Positions 1 to 12,552 of a DNA stretch of 64,000 nucleotides are shown here, one piece after another; within the stretch, counting starts at the first letter, position 1; the number at the start of each line of letters is the position of its first letter. This stretch comes from Mobula hypostoma (Eukaryota). Position numbers and translations under genes: made by a program. The stretch spans positions 222,148,001 to 222,212,000 of the forward strand of contig NC_086097.1 in NCBI RefSeq assembly GCF_963921235.1, written 5' to 3'. The notes below the pieces were generated by a model that saw only the letters and a program-made list of their open reading frames with translations, was not told the DNA's origin and ran no database searches.

Positions 1-264
1 TCTGTTTTGTGCGGAAACGATGATTAATATACTGTCAACATTAAATATAGTAGCAGTTAAATTATTCATACAGCTATCCAAAATAAGTGCACAAATACCT
101 ATAATGACACAAATAATATAACTGCAAATAACTTCAAATTAAATAATCCACATTAGCAGGAGAGTTGGAGAACAGAAAGCATGTTTTCAGACCACATTAC
201 TGCATTGAAAACTGACTGACAGTAAATACTCTGATGAGGTTTCCCATGGGGAAAAGGTGAATAG

Positions 265-360
265 TTGGAGATGAGTCTATGGTCAGATCAGCCATGATCT
301 TATTGAATAGTGGAGCAGGCTTAACAGGCCAGATGGCCTACTCCTGGTCCTGTTCTCATG
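265..360 (+). mobile_element. CR1 LINE 3' terminal fragment
   Basis: AGATCAGCCATGATCTTATTGAA...GGAGCAGGCT...GGCCAGATGGCCTACTCCTG resembles the CR1 3' UTR seen at 12575-12640 (minus) and 45770-45840. Confidence 0.7.
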
Positions 361-1794
361 AGGTTTCCCAGAAACAGTTTAAGAGGTTATCAATTTACAA
401 ATCATGCAGAATAAAAAGAAAATTAGTTTAAGTTATGTAATCTGAAGAAACTAGATGAACAATTATTTTAAATTTGTTCTGCTTAATCCTTGATGGCAAT
501 GGTTTTATGTGATGTTATATATTTTGAACCCTATTTTCTGATCAAAAGTAATATTGTGAAGCACTTGCTGTTCCAGATTCATTGCTCTTTGCTCATTGAC
601 CTAACTATAAGTTTTTTTGATAAATTGATTTGAAAGTTGTAATGTAGAAATACTGTTAGCAGACTTACCACATGAATGTTTAATATCTATTTTAGGAGAA
701 CACCATTAAAATAATGGAGAGAGGAATTTGATAGGAATGCATTAAGAATTCATATTCAATACTGGCAAGATATTTCCACCCTTAACTCTATTAATTTTAG
801 ATCAGCTGAAAACAAGAGGACTCCTTGACTATGTAGGGCTGGAAATTCTATCATGTATTACAATATTTTTATACAATTCATGATAGAAGCTTATATAAAA
901 ATTGCAACATAACGCAGAAAACTGAGATGTATTGCAGTGACATCACCTGCCATGTGATGAACGTATTGCAATCATGAAAATGAAATGAAAATGAGTGTTC
1001 TTTTACTAGTGTAAGGCCTGAAAACAAGATCAAGCTTTAACAAAGGGGACATGAGTTAAGAAAAATGTAAATTAAAGGATTTACCCCATTCCCTGGTCTG
1101 AGGCTGTGACTTAATTTCTGCCAGATGGTCCTGAAGCCATCTATATGTTGGAGGTTGTCCATTCACAAGAATTGCTTTCTAAGGTGAACCCTTTTTGGGG
1201 TACAATATCTATTGAATATTGGAAGCAACTTCCACCTGTCGCTCGAGGGCAAACTGGACATAGACTTTTTAAAGAGGAACCCTATTTGGAATTCATCATT
1301 TAAAGAATTTCTGTTATGGTGGAAGAACACCAATACATATTTTATGTACGATTATACACAGGAGAATCAGATTTTGTGATTTAATATTCACTCCACTCAA
1401 TGGATATGAAGAAACAAATGCCACTTCCATGTGTGCTTTTACATCCTGAAGGATTTCTAGACTGGTTTTCCTGTATGCACGTTTACTGCTCTTCTACCAG
1501 AGTTGTGAATTTTGACTGAATTAATAACGCTGGTTTATTGGCCTGATGGCTATGAGAAGACCACAGTGATTGTCAGCTTAGCTGAAGCATACCACCAAAT
1601 ATAGCTGCAGGGCCTCTGGAAATTTTTGTATTTGGATTGTGGACCAGCTGAGTTGTGGTGATGCATGGAAGGAGAGGCTGTGGGGAATGAGATGTCACAG
1701 GGGCAGGAGTGGTGCCATGGAATTATTGATCAGAAGTGGGAAGAGGTCAATTTTTTTTTGTAAGATGAGTGGAGAGAGGAAGAATATTACAGTT

Positions 1795-2940
1795 CCCTCA
1801 AGGATGTATGTTTAGCCCATTGCTCTAGTTTCTATACACCCACAACTGTATGGCTAGGCACAGCTCAAAAAGCATTTACAAATTTATCAATGACACAACT
1901 ATTATTGCAAAACTTCAGATGGTGTTGAAGAGGGAGGAGGAGATAGCTGCGTGCCACGCGTGCGCAGCCCTCCAGTGAAAATGATATCGTATCCATTAAA
2001 TAGGGGCCGTGGACAATTCTGATTTGATGGAGACGGACGTGAAAGTACAGAGGAACATCTGGGGAAATTTCTGAAAAGCAGGTTCGCTGCTGTGGTCACT
2101 GCGCGATCGAGAATCTTCTGGAGGGACGGCCTCAAAATCCCCGGCTTTGCCTGCTGTTGGCGACCGAGATTGAAGTCGAATCGTTCGGATAGAGATGGTG
2201 CTTGGAACTCGGTGTCGGAGGGCTGATCGGAGCTCGAAGTTTTCGGACGACTCAGAGTCGGACTGTGGTCGGGCATGGCAGGGAGAGTTTTTCTTCCTTC
2301 TCCCATCTGAGTGAGATGTGGGACATTTGAGAGACTTTGACCTTTTTACTGTGCCATGGACTTCTTCATCAAGTTATGGTATTGTTGCACTGTTGTAACT
2401 ATATGTTATAATTATGTGGTTTTGTTAGTTTTTTCAGTCTTGGTCTGTCCTGTGTTTTGTGATATCACACCGGATATCATTTCTTAATGCATGCATTACT
2501 AAATGACAATAAAAGAGGACTGCGTGTCTTCATAATCTAATCTAAGAGGTGTACAGGAGTGAGATACCTTGTATATCAGCTGGTTGAATGGTCTCACTAC
2601 AACAACCTTGCACTCAACATCAAAAAGGCCAAGGAACTGAATGTGGACTTCAGGAAGGAGAAGTCAAGGGAACACACACCAGTACTCATCAAGGGATCAG
2701 CAGTGGAAAGGGCAAGCAGTTTCTAGTTCATGGCTTTTGTCAGTGATATCCCTGATTCTGATTCTGATGCTGGTATTGATATTGGTTGGTTATTGTTCAT
2801 GCAAAGGTACAATAAAAAGAGTTTGCTTGTATGCCATCTAGAAGTACAGTAAGGTAGTGAAAAGGAAAATAAATCTCAGGATTGTATATGGTGACATATA
2901 CGTACATTGATAATAAATTTACTTAACTTTGAACTTTTGA
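1795..2940 (+). mobile_element. Degenerate Rex1/Babar-type LINE RT fragments and 3' end, split by the insertion at 1934-2543
   Basis: Decayed PQGCV.SPLL, KF..DTT and NNLALN..K.KEL coding sequence matching the copies at 9092-9775 and 58242-58733; ends in a (TTTGAAC)-like tail near 2925-2942. Confidence 0.7.
1934..2543 (+). mobile_element. 610-bp non-coding retroposed insertion, family unassigned (SINE-like or a long LINE 3' UTR)
   Basis: Interrupts Rex1 RT sequence; flanked by AAGAGG at 1928-1933 and 2544-2549; AATAAA near 2508 and a (TAATC)n tail; CpG-rich 5' half. Confidence 0.7.
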
Positions 2941-2944
2941 ACGT

Positions 2945-3718
2945 AAGTTGGGAAATCATCTTTGGCATATGAGAAGTTTACTCGAGAGTCTGATAACAGT
3001 GGGATAGAAGTTGTCCTTGATTCTGGTGCTTTATCCTTATAAGCCTTCTGTCTGTCACGAGAGAGGAAAAGAGAGGATGATCATCATGAGAGAGGTCTTT
3101 AGGCTGTCTACTTTCCTAAGGCCACAGGAAATATAGACGGAGTTATTGGTGTGGAGTTTGGTTTGCATTATATAGCAGGCTGGGTTCACAGTTCTCTGCA
3201 ATTTCCTGTCGTCTTGGGAAGAGCAGTTGCCATACCAAGCTGTGATGGATCTGGATAGGAAGGTTTCTATAGTGCATCTGTAAAAATTAGTAGGTTTCAT
3301 CAAGGACATGCCAAATTTCCTTAGACATCTGAAGAAGTAGAGGTGCTGGTATGATTTCTTGGCAAGGGTGTCCTTGTGGTTGAACCAACACAAATTGTTG
3401 GTGATATTTACACATAGGAATTTGAAACTCTCAGCCATCTCCTTCTCAGTGCCATTGACACAGGCAGTGGCACAGATTCTGTCCTGCTTCCTGAAGTCAA
3501 CAGCCATTTTCTTTACCTTGCTGATGTTGAGGAAAAGGTTGATGTCTTGACATCCTGCCATTAAGTTCTTTATCTTCTTCCTGTACACTGTATCATTGTT
3601 GTTTGAGATACAGCCTACTGCAGTGGTAGCAAACTTGCAAATAGAGTCAGAACAGAATAATTTCACAACACAATCATGAGGATATAGGAAGCAAAGTAAA
3701 GAGTCGGGCAGTGAAACA
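2945..3718 (-). mobile_element. Rex1/Babar LINE, RT C-terminal part, degenerate
   Basis: ORF 3055-3792 translates LNISKVKKMAVDFRK, FKFL, FYRCTIE..L..SITAWYGNC, typical of the Rex1/Babar RT C-terminus. Confidence 0.8.
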
Positions 3719-3843
3719 CAAGCTGCCCTCACACTCATACTTCCCCCTTTCCTCAAATTACAGGGAAAATTGAAAACCAATTTTTTTTTCAATTTTCCCT
3801 ATTATTTGAGGAAAGGGGGAAGTATGAGTGTGAGGGCAGCTTG
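3719..3843. repeat. Inverted repeat with 58-bp arms (fold-back) at the 5' junction of a CR1
   Basis: 3719-3776 is the reverse complement of 3786-3843 with 2 mismatches and a 9-nt loop; both strands translate FNFP..LRKGGSMSVRAAC. Confidence 0.95.
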
Positions 3844-6260
3844 CTGTTCTCAGTGTCAGATGTGGGAGGTCCTGGAGTCTCCTAGCCTCCCGGACATCCA
3901 TGTCTGTGCCAGGAGCGCTGAGCTGCAGCTCCTAAAGGACTGTGTTAGGGAACTGGAGCTGCAGCTCGATGACCTTTGTCTGGTCAGGGAGAGTGAGGAG
4001 TTGATAGAGAGGAGTTACAGGCAGGTGGTCGCACCGAGGCCACGGGAGGAAGACAAGTGGGTCACGGTTAGGAAGAGTAAGGGGAAGGGTCAGGTACTAG
4101 AGAGTACCCCAGTGGCTGTGCCCCTTGACAATAAGTACTCCTGTTTGAGTACTGTCGGGGGGGACAGCTTACCTGGGGGAAGCAACAGTGGCCGTTCCTC
4201 CAGCACAGAGTCTGGCCCTGTAGCTCAGGAGGGTAGGGAAAGGAAGAGGAGGACAGTAGTAATAGGGGACTCAATAGTTAGGGGGTCAGATAGGCGATTC
4301 TGTGGACGCAGTCAGGAGACCCAGATGGCAGTTTGCCTCCCTGGTGCCAGGGTCCAGGATATTTCTGATCGCGTCCAAGATATCCTGAAGAGGGAGGGTG
4401 AGGAACCAAAGGTCGTGGTACATATAGGTACCAATGACATAGGTAGGAGAAGGGAAAAGGTTCTGAAAGGAGAATATAGGGAGTTAGGAAGGGCGTTGAG
4501 AAGAAGGACCGCAAAGGTAGTAATCTCGGGATTACTGCCTGTGCCACGCAACAGTGAGAGTAGGAATGGAATGAGGTGGAGGATAAATGCGTGGCTGAGG
4601 GATTGGAGCAGGGGGCAGGGATTCAAGTTTCTGCATCATTGGGACCTCTTTTGGCGCAGATGTGACCTGTACAAAAAGGACGGCTTGCACTTGAATCCTA
4701 GGGGGACCAATAACCTGGCTGGGAGATTTGAGAAGGCTCCTGGGGAGACTTTAAACTAGAATGGTTGGGGGGTGGGAATCAAATTGAAGAGACTAGGAGA
4801 GTGGAGGTTACTTCACAAATAGAGAAAGCTAGTAGACAGTGTGTGAGGGAGGAAAGGCGGGGACAGAGAATGGGAGCACTCAGACTGAAGATGTAGGGGA
4901 GAAGGAAGAAAAAGATAAAGTTGTTTGCACCATTAGGGATAAACAGAGAGTAAGAGGTGGAGAATTTCTTAAATGCATCTATTTTAATGCTAGGAGCATT
5001 GTAAGAAAGGTGGATGAGCTTAGAGCATGAATTGATACCTGGAAATATGATGTTGTAGCTATTAGTGAAACATGGTTGCAGGAGGGGTATGGTTGGCAAC
5101 TAAATATTCCTGGATTTCGTTGCTTCAGGTGTGATAGAATCGGAGGGGCAAGAGGGGGAGGTGTTGCATTGCTTGTCAGAGAAAATATTACAACAGTGCT
5201 TTGGCAGGATAGATTAGTGGACTCATCTAGGGAGGCTATTTGGGTGGAAATGAGGAATGGGAAAGGTGTAGTAACACTTACAGGGGTGTATTATAGACCA
5301 CCTAATGGGGAGCGAGAATTGGAGGAGCAAATTTGTAAGGGAATAGAAGAATTAACCAAGAAGGCTGATGAAGGCAGCGTAGTAAGGCCTTTGATGGGAT
5401 CATGTGGTAGGGTTATAGTGTTATAAGGTCAGATGATATGTTGCTGTAGAAATTTAGATCACATGAGATCCAGGGAGAGCCAGCTGATTGGATATGCACA
5501 ATTAGCTGATGGCAGGGAGCAGAGGCTGATGATGGAGTGGAGTTTTCTGACTGGAGGCCCATGACTAGTGATATTTCCTAAGGGTTGGTGTACATCCCAT
5601 TGCTGTTTGTCATCCATATCAGTGATTTGGATAAAAATGTGGAAGGCATGGTTAGTAAAGTTGCAGATGACACTAAAATCAGAGGTGCCATTGACAGTAA
5701 AGGAGGTTATTGAGATTTACAGAGAGATCTTGATCAGCTGTGTAAGTGGGCAGTTGAAGAACAGAAGGATCTAGCAGTACAGGTACATGGTTCTCTGAAA
5801 GTGGTATCACAAGTAGACAGGATGATGAAGAAGGATTTTGGCACACTTGTTTTCATCAGTCAGGATACTGAATACAGAAGATGAGATATTATGTCACACT
5901 AGTAAAAGACATGGTGAGTTGGCATTTGGAATATTGTGTTCAGTTTTGGTCACTCTGCTAGAGGAAAGATGTCATTAATTTGGAAAGAATACAGAGGAAT
6001 CTGAAGAGGATATTACCAGGATTCAAGTTACTGAGATATGGAGAGAGCTCGAGCAAGTTTGGACTGTTTTCAATGGAACCTGCTGGAGGAGAATGAGAGG
6101 TAATCATAAAGGGGTGTATAATATACACAGTCTTTTCCCAGGGTTGTGGAATTAAGAACTAAAGGGCTCTGGTATATGTTGAGAGAGGAGATTTATAACA
6201 GGAAACTAAGGGGAAACTTTTTCACCCAGAAGGTGGTAAGTTTGTGGAATAGTTGCCAAA
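3786..6260 (+). mobile_element. CR1 LINE: ORF1 and disrupted APE endonuclease (to about 5340), joined to an older RT/3' portion
   Basis: YFNARSI, ETWL, RGGGVALLV and GVYYRPP at 4975-5305, with a stop at 5028-5030; abrupt jump near 5345 to decayed RT sequence and NFFTQKVV.LWN near 6215-6250. Confidence 0.85.
3824..4759 (+). CDS. CR1 LINE ORF1 (zinc-finger-like N-terminus, leucine zipper, SGNH/GDSL esterase), uninterrupted, 311 aa from ATG 3824
   Basis: CSQC..HVC motif, heptad LKDCVRELELQLDDL, SGNH blocks VIGDSIV, PGA, HIGTND, DGLH. Confidence 0.9.
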   Translation: MSVRAACCSQCQMWEVLESPSLPDIHVCARSAELQLLKDCVRELELQLDDLCLVRESEELIERSYRQVVAPRPREEDKWVTVRKSKGKGQVLESTPVAVPLDNKYSCLSTVGGDSLPGGSNSGRSSSTESGPVAQEGRERKRRTVVIGDSIVRGSDRRFCGRSQETQMAVCLPGARVQDISDRVQDILKREGEEPKVVVHIGTNDIGRRREKVLKGEYRELGRALRRRTAKVVISGLLPVPRNSESRNGMRWRINAWLRDWSRGQGFKFLHHWDLFWRRCDLYKKDGLHLNPRGTNNLAGRFEKAPGETLN

Positions 6261-6269
6261 AAAAAAAGG

Positions 6270-7000
6270 TTGTGATAAGGTTGGCTACTGAGTCCTTGAA
6301 CATGGAACAATCCACCAATTCAAAGCAATTGCATAGGAGCTGACCTGTTTCCTCAGATTAACACTGAATGGCTTTTTGTACCTGATCCTCACACTTCAGT
6401 TTCTGTTTGCAAGCAGGGAGAAGGAGCACAGCCTCATGGTCTGATTTCCAAAACACAGGAGAGAGATGGAGCGGTAGGTGTCTTTGATGACTGAGTAGCA
6501 GTAGTTCTGCATATTTGAGCCTCTCGTAGGACAGGAGATAAGTTGATAGTATTTTAGCAGCACTCCCCAGAAGATAACATCATTGAAATCCCAAGCTATA
6601 TGGAACAATACATTATGATACTCTGTTACAAGGATGCAGAATATAATTGATCAAGTACAAGCATTATTTCAGCCTGTGGTGGGAATAGACTGCTTTTGTC
6701 TAGCAGAAGTGAATTCATATGGCAGGGAGCAGGGACAGGAATTCAAAGGTCCAGGTCTAATGAGCAAGAATTCACCGGGGTCATCATGTTCAAACACCAC
6801 AAGGATTTGAGTAAGAAGCAGACTACTCCATCTGTTACTTTACCCGAGGATGCAGTGGCATCCATGTGGTGAATTGAAAAGCCATCATATGTAGTCAGGT
6901 GAAGGAGGAATAAACCGTCTCTGTGATACCTGGAAATGCAATACACATAATGAAGTTGGCAGTCTCACATTATTTTCACTGTTAGGCTTCCATTTTCCAA
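6270..7000 (-). mobile_element. Rex1/Babar LINE endonuclease region, degenerate (possibly the 5' part of the 2945-3718 element)
   Basis: QLISCPTRG...CY..IKDTY and DGFSIHHMD...SGK...GVVCFL resemble Rex1-type APE segments. Confidence 0.65.
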
Positions 7001-8315
7001 ACCAGGTACCAGCAGTGAATTTAAATTGTGGGCAGCAAATTTAATCATGGCAGATCTTCCAAGAAGAACTGCTTGGAGTCTGGAAAGTCCAGAGATTGCA
7101 GAGCACCTGCCGTGGGACTTCTACATTGCCCGGCTGTTTCCCTCATGGGCAATCCATCTCCTAAGCCCACTTTAGATTAATATGGCACAAGTACAGCAAG
7201 CTCATCAAAATCAATGGGAGAAATAGTCTGTGGGAAGAAAAGTGAAGAAAGCATTTTATTTGACATTAAGATGACTTGGGTCTTAAATGTGTATTTGTGC
7301 TTTTAGTTTTTCAACTGCACATTTTTAAAAATAATTTTAACCCTTTTTAGTCCTATTTTTAGTGTTTGAATAGTCTTCAGTATTTCGTGGATATTAAGGT
7401 CATTTATAGACATTATATTTAATGATTGGGTTTAACAGCCAGCTTGTCAGAGGCGGGGGAGGAGAACCAAGTGAGCATAGACTATGCCCAAGACCAACCT
7501 GAAGGACACAGTAATGTCCAGAACTCAGCCCACTGAACAGATGGAGTACAGACATTTGCCTCATGATGCTAACATTGTCTTGTTTCTTCATGACAACCCA
7601 CTTAGATGCAATTAAACTCTGCCAACCTATAAACAGGAACATACACAAACATGCCTGATCGTAATTCATGCATTATATTGTTTTACACAAACTAACCTTT
7701 TCCATCTGTTTAAGGGCTTCAGTTTCACAGTCATAAGGTTCAAGCAATATTCTAAGTTATCTGAACAAACAGCATATGTTTCTGAACTTTACTTCTTTCT
7801 TGTCTTTTCACTTGAAGCTTTAGATTTCAGCTTGTTGATAATAAATTCATCTTGACGCATAAAACTCACAAACCAGAACACCCACTGAAAGCAATTCCCA
7901 CTGAAAGCTGTACGATCACAAAACATGTTTTGTAGAAAATCTCACTCAGTTTAATGGAAAACAAAATATAATTTAAAATTGGACATCAGCCAGAGGGAAC
8001 ACAAGGTCAGTCATTTTCCTTCTGCGTCCTCTATGTATCTGTAGTGCTCAAACATGAAACAGTCCAGACCGGGATTTGGGCACAGAACGGTGTGCATACA
8101 GGGCATCCAAGCATATCTCACTGTAAGCAGGTTGTCAGAGATAAGGTCAGGTATTTAGAACTAGCTAATAGGTAAGTATTATAGGACAGAATTGTACTGG
8201 GTTAGGTATGGGGAGACATGCCAAAATCTATTTGGATTTCATAAAGCCAAAGCTTGATGCCTGTGTTTGCCAAACAAGTGAGGCAGAAGGAATAACACAA
8301 AGCTCGAGCTTGTGA

Positions 8316-8790
8316 TCAAAGTTCAAAGTAAATTTATTATCAAAGTACATATATGTCATCATATACAAGCTTGAAATTAATTTTCTTGCAGTCATTCACA
8401 GTAAGTACAAGAAGCACAATAGAATCAGTAGAAGTCCCCTCCCCCCCCCAACAGGACGACAAACAATCAATCTGCAAAAGACAACAAACTGTACCTGCAA
8501 AAAAGGAATAAAAGAAAATATAATAATATAACAATAATTACTAAATAAGCAATACATATCGAGAACATGAGATGAATTGTCCTTGAAAGTGAGTCCCTAG
8601 ATTGTGGAAACAGTTTAGTGATAGGGTCTGTGAAATTGTGTGAAGTTATCCCCTCTGGTTTAAGAACCTGATGATTGAGGGGTAATAACTGTTCCTGAAC
8701 CTGGTAGTGTGGGACCTGAGGATCTTATACCATCTTTCTGATGGCAGCAGCAAAATAAATCACCATCTTGTTGTGGCTGATCCTTCATGA
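8316..8790 (-). mobile_element. Rex1/Babar LINE 3' end and UTR
   Basis: (TTTGAAC)n tail and AATAAATTTAC on the minus strand; same UTR type as 20830-21245 and 48485-48860. Confidence 0.75.
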
Positions 8791-9778
8791 TTGAATTGAA
8801 TCGACTTTATTTCTTACACCTTTCACAAACGTGAGGAGCAAAAATCTTTACGTTACATCTCCGTCTGAATCAGCAATGTGCAAATTATAGCAATATGTAA
8901 TAAATAGTATGTGCAGTAAGATATACAACAGAACAGTCAATATAGCTTAGAAATACAATTGTGTCAGTGTGAATTAATCAGTCTGATGACCTGGTGGAAG
9001 GAGCTGTCCCGGAGCCTGTTGGTCTTGGCTTTAACGCTGTGGTACCATTTCCCTGATGGTAGCAGCTGGAACAGTTTGTGGTTGGGGTGACTCAGGTTCC
9101 CATGATCCTTTGGGCCCTTTTTACACACCTGTTGCTGCAAACGTCCTGAATAGTGGGAAGTTCACATCCACAGATGCGATGGGCTGTCCGCACCACTCTC
9201 TGCAGAGCCCTGTGATTAAGGGAGGTACAGTTCACATACCAGGCAGTGATACAGCCAGTCAAGCTGCTCTCAATTGTGCCCCTGTAGAAAGTCCTTAGGA
9301 TTTGGGGACTCATGCTAAACTTTTTCAACTGCCTGAGGTGAAAGAGGCACTGTTGTGCTTTTTTCACCACACGGCTGGTATGTACACATGAAGTGAGGTC
9401 CTCGGTGATGTGTATACCAAGGAACTTGAATCTGTTCACCCTCTCAACCCCAGATCCATTGATGTCAATAGGGGTGAGCCTGTCTCCATTCCTCCTGTAG
9501 TCCACAACCAGCTCCTTTGTTTTTGCAATATTGAGGGAGAGGTTGTTTTCTTGACACCACTGTGTCAGAGAGATGACTTCTTCCCTGTAGGCCACCTCGT
9601 TATTATTTGAGGTAAGTCCAATCAAGGTAGCATCATCTGCAAATTGAATTAGTAGATTGGAGCTGTGGGTGGCGATACAGTCCTGGGCGTACATAGAGTA
9701 AAGGAAGGGGCTTAGGACACAGCCCTGGGGTGCTCCTATATTGAGGGTCAGAGGGGCAGAGGTGAGGGAGCCCACTCT
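8790..9778 (-). mobile_element. Rex1/Babar LINE, 5'-truncated, RT C-terminal half open (ORF 9092-9775)
   Basis: GAPQGCVLSP, QFADDATL, LNIAKTKELVVDYR, FKFLG, FYRGTIES; (TTCAA)n tail near 8790-8802. Confidence 0.9.
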
Positions 9779-9959
9779 TATGATCTGAAGTATTACATGA
9801 GTAAGTTGGTTATCAGCACACCATGTCTAATTTGGATAACAGAGACATTATGAAACTTCTTAAGACATTGTACACTGTGGTCAATAAATGAAGCTATGTT
9901 GACACTTCATAATTGTTTTATGACTTTTAAATTTCCTTCTACCCCAAAAATTGAAGTCC

Positions 9960-10190
9960 AGCCTGTGCTTCTATCTTACTCCTTTCTTGAATACTCAAGT
10001 AATGTTTGTGAATTTTCATTCTTCTGGAACCTCTTCAGAATCCAAGGAGATTCAGAAGATTTTAACCAAAGCATCCATTATCTTTACAGTCTTTACTTTT
10101 AAGACACTGGAAAGTAAATTCAAAGAATTTATCAGTATTTAGCTCTATTAGCTGGAGAATTTTTCCTCCAGAATTTCTTCTCCTCAAAAC
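9960..10190 (-). mobile_element. Old CR1 ORF2 fragment
   Basis: Minus strand reads as decayed DALV.IF..SLDS.EVPE.W...N.T..FKKG. Confidence 0.55.
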
Positions 10191-12552
10191 CTTGAAATTG
10201 TGAGGAAAAAACACACCTCAAAATGAGTTTTTACTATCAATTGGTAGTTCATCTACTGAGCTGCCACTAAACCATTTAATAGATTGAATTTATAAATAAT
10301 AATCATTCTGTTTTTGTAGCATTGTACCTTTTAAATTTTAGCATTTTTTAATGTTATGTATTGTATTCTGTTCCATATTAAGGTGGAAGATGTGTTAATC
10401 CCTGTTGAGAACATTTTCTTTCACAGATATTGTGATTCTATTATTGATTTTCTTTGTTGTTAAATGATGACAGAAAATTAAAATAGTTTCACATATTGAG
10501 AATCCAGGCTGCTACTTTCACACACAGAACTGTACCACTTTGATCACAACCACTGTGGATAACCCTGAGCTTCTGGTTCCCTATCTCTTTAAATTTTTCC
10601 CCTGTCTCACTTCAACTTTCCGTTCTTGGTCTCCTGAAAGACCAATTAAACTAAGCTGATCTCTGTTACGGCTAACACAGTAGTAATGGACTAGTGCAAT
10701 GCAACATGGGGACTATCATAGACTTGATAGGATGAATGACCCCTTTCTGTTGTAGTTTTGACTGCAACACATACCTTCAAAGTTATCTACAACAGATTAG
10801 ATTTTGTAGTGATTCCTCTGTAAAAGGGCTTAAAATTATAGTCTTCTTGTCCATAGGTGAAAGTAGGTGCACTGTAGCAAATATCTTGACAATTATTCCA
10901 TGATTGTCACTTTGCCATTTTGTTTTGCGCTCCTTCAGTTTGCACTACTATCTTTGCATCATTCTGTTGCCTTGCATTTGTCACTGTATTCACAGCTGTA
11001 TTCATTGTTAGCGTGCATACTGTTAACTCCCTGAGCTTCACGCGAGCAAGATATTACACTGCACCCTGGTGTATATGACAAAGAACAAATATGAATATGA
11101 ATAAGCATCTAAGTCTTTGCTAAAACACGGAATTGAAAGATGGTAGAGAATGACTCTTCTGTTCCATTTACTCCATTCATCAATCCCAGTCTCCATTTTG
11201 TCCCTTTATATTTATTACCATCCATTTTGCATCTGCCATTCAAATTATCACAGACCTTCCGTTTTATACTATTTTTATTATCGCCACTTTCTCTAAATTT
11301 TAGAGCTGGTTTTAAATCAGTAATTTTAATTAATTTCCAATAAAAAGCCAATGAATGGAAGAAAAAGAATCTGTAAGCCTTAGCTCCTTGCATCTTTGGG
11401 CCAGAAGGTTGAAATTTCAAGCCCCTTTACAGAGGCATCACTACAAAGTCTAGGCTGTTGTTCTAGATAGCACTTTGATTTGGATGAGAACATAAACTGA
11501 TGTTTCACCTAGCTTTTTATTACAGGTGAATATGAAAATAATCAAAGGTGAGGTATATAAATCAGTCTCCATAGCTACAATCAGGTGCTTGTGACAGGTG
11601 GTTGCCAAGGAGGTCATGACTGCAGTTTATGAATAGTAAAGGCCAGATCCCTAAAAACAGATAAATGAACATGTGCATCACATCTCTGCCTCTTCTACAG
11701 GTGCTTCACTCTTCGTCTGCTATCCCATTCCAACTTTAGACTGGAGTTTAAATTTGATTCCTCTCCGCAGAACAATAAAGATATAAAAGAATAAAATTAT
11801 AATAATTATTTGACACACTGACTGATAGCTGGATTAAAAGAGTAGGAAGATTTCACAATCCAGCAGTATTGAAATCCACACTCCATTGCCTGGCTATGAA
11901 ATTTTTAGAATAATTCCTTGATATTATAGTGTTTTCATTATGGTGAAATGTGTTGTTTTTGCTCGTTACCTACTCTGTATTCAGTGAAACCCAATTGCTG
12001 ATCATGATTCTTTCCAATTAACCTGGCCTGGTCATTTTACTGATCTCCAAAGAACTGTTCTTTTGGTCTAACACCTTTGTTTTTAAGTTTTTCTTATTCA
12101 TGTTCGATTAACATACACTATTATCACTACTTCTAGCGACTGGCATTTCATTCCCCAGTGCTATGTTATATATAATTGAAACAATCCCCTTTCACTTCCA
12201 TTCTAGGACAAACTCAAACTCATACAGTATATTGAGTCTGAATTGTACCAGGTAAGTGCTTTATTGGCAATGTGTTAAGTCTGTCAAACAACCTCACTAG
12301 TACTAAAAATGAATGAGTGCAGAGTTTCTTTTTTCAGCTCTATGTTTTGTTATTGAGGATGTTAAAATACTGTACATTTTATGTAATTTCTGCTTTTCAT
12401 TTTCATCTCACCTTTAATCCAATCTTTGTTCGCTTCTCCTTATTTCTCTTCCTGTACCTGAAATGGCTTTGATGTAATTCACTATACTTTCTCAGCTTTT
12501 AATATGTCCCATTTCACATTCCACCATTTTAAATGGTTGAGGAAATATATAT

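Noticed and set aside
1902..2306. 134-aa minus-strand ORF
   Set aside because: Antisense to a non-coding repeat, crosses the insertion junction, and has no recognisable domain.
3055..3792. 245-aa ORF as a real chimeric gene
   Set aside because: Its N-terminus comes from the fold-back and the Rex1 RT part has lost the catalytic DD (KFATT); nothing suggests function.
11395..11540. Possible very old DeuSINE-like fragment
   Set aside because: Only patchy resemblance from memory; cannot be supported without an HMM search.
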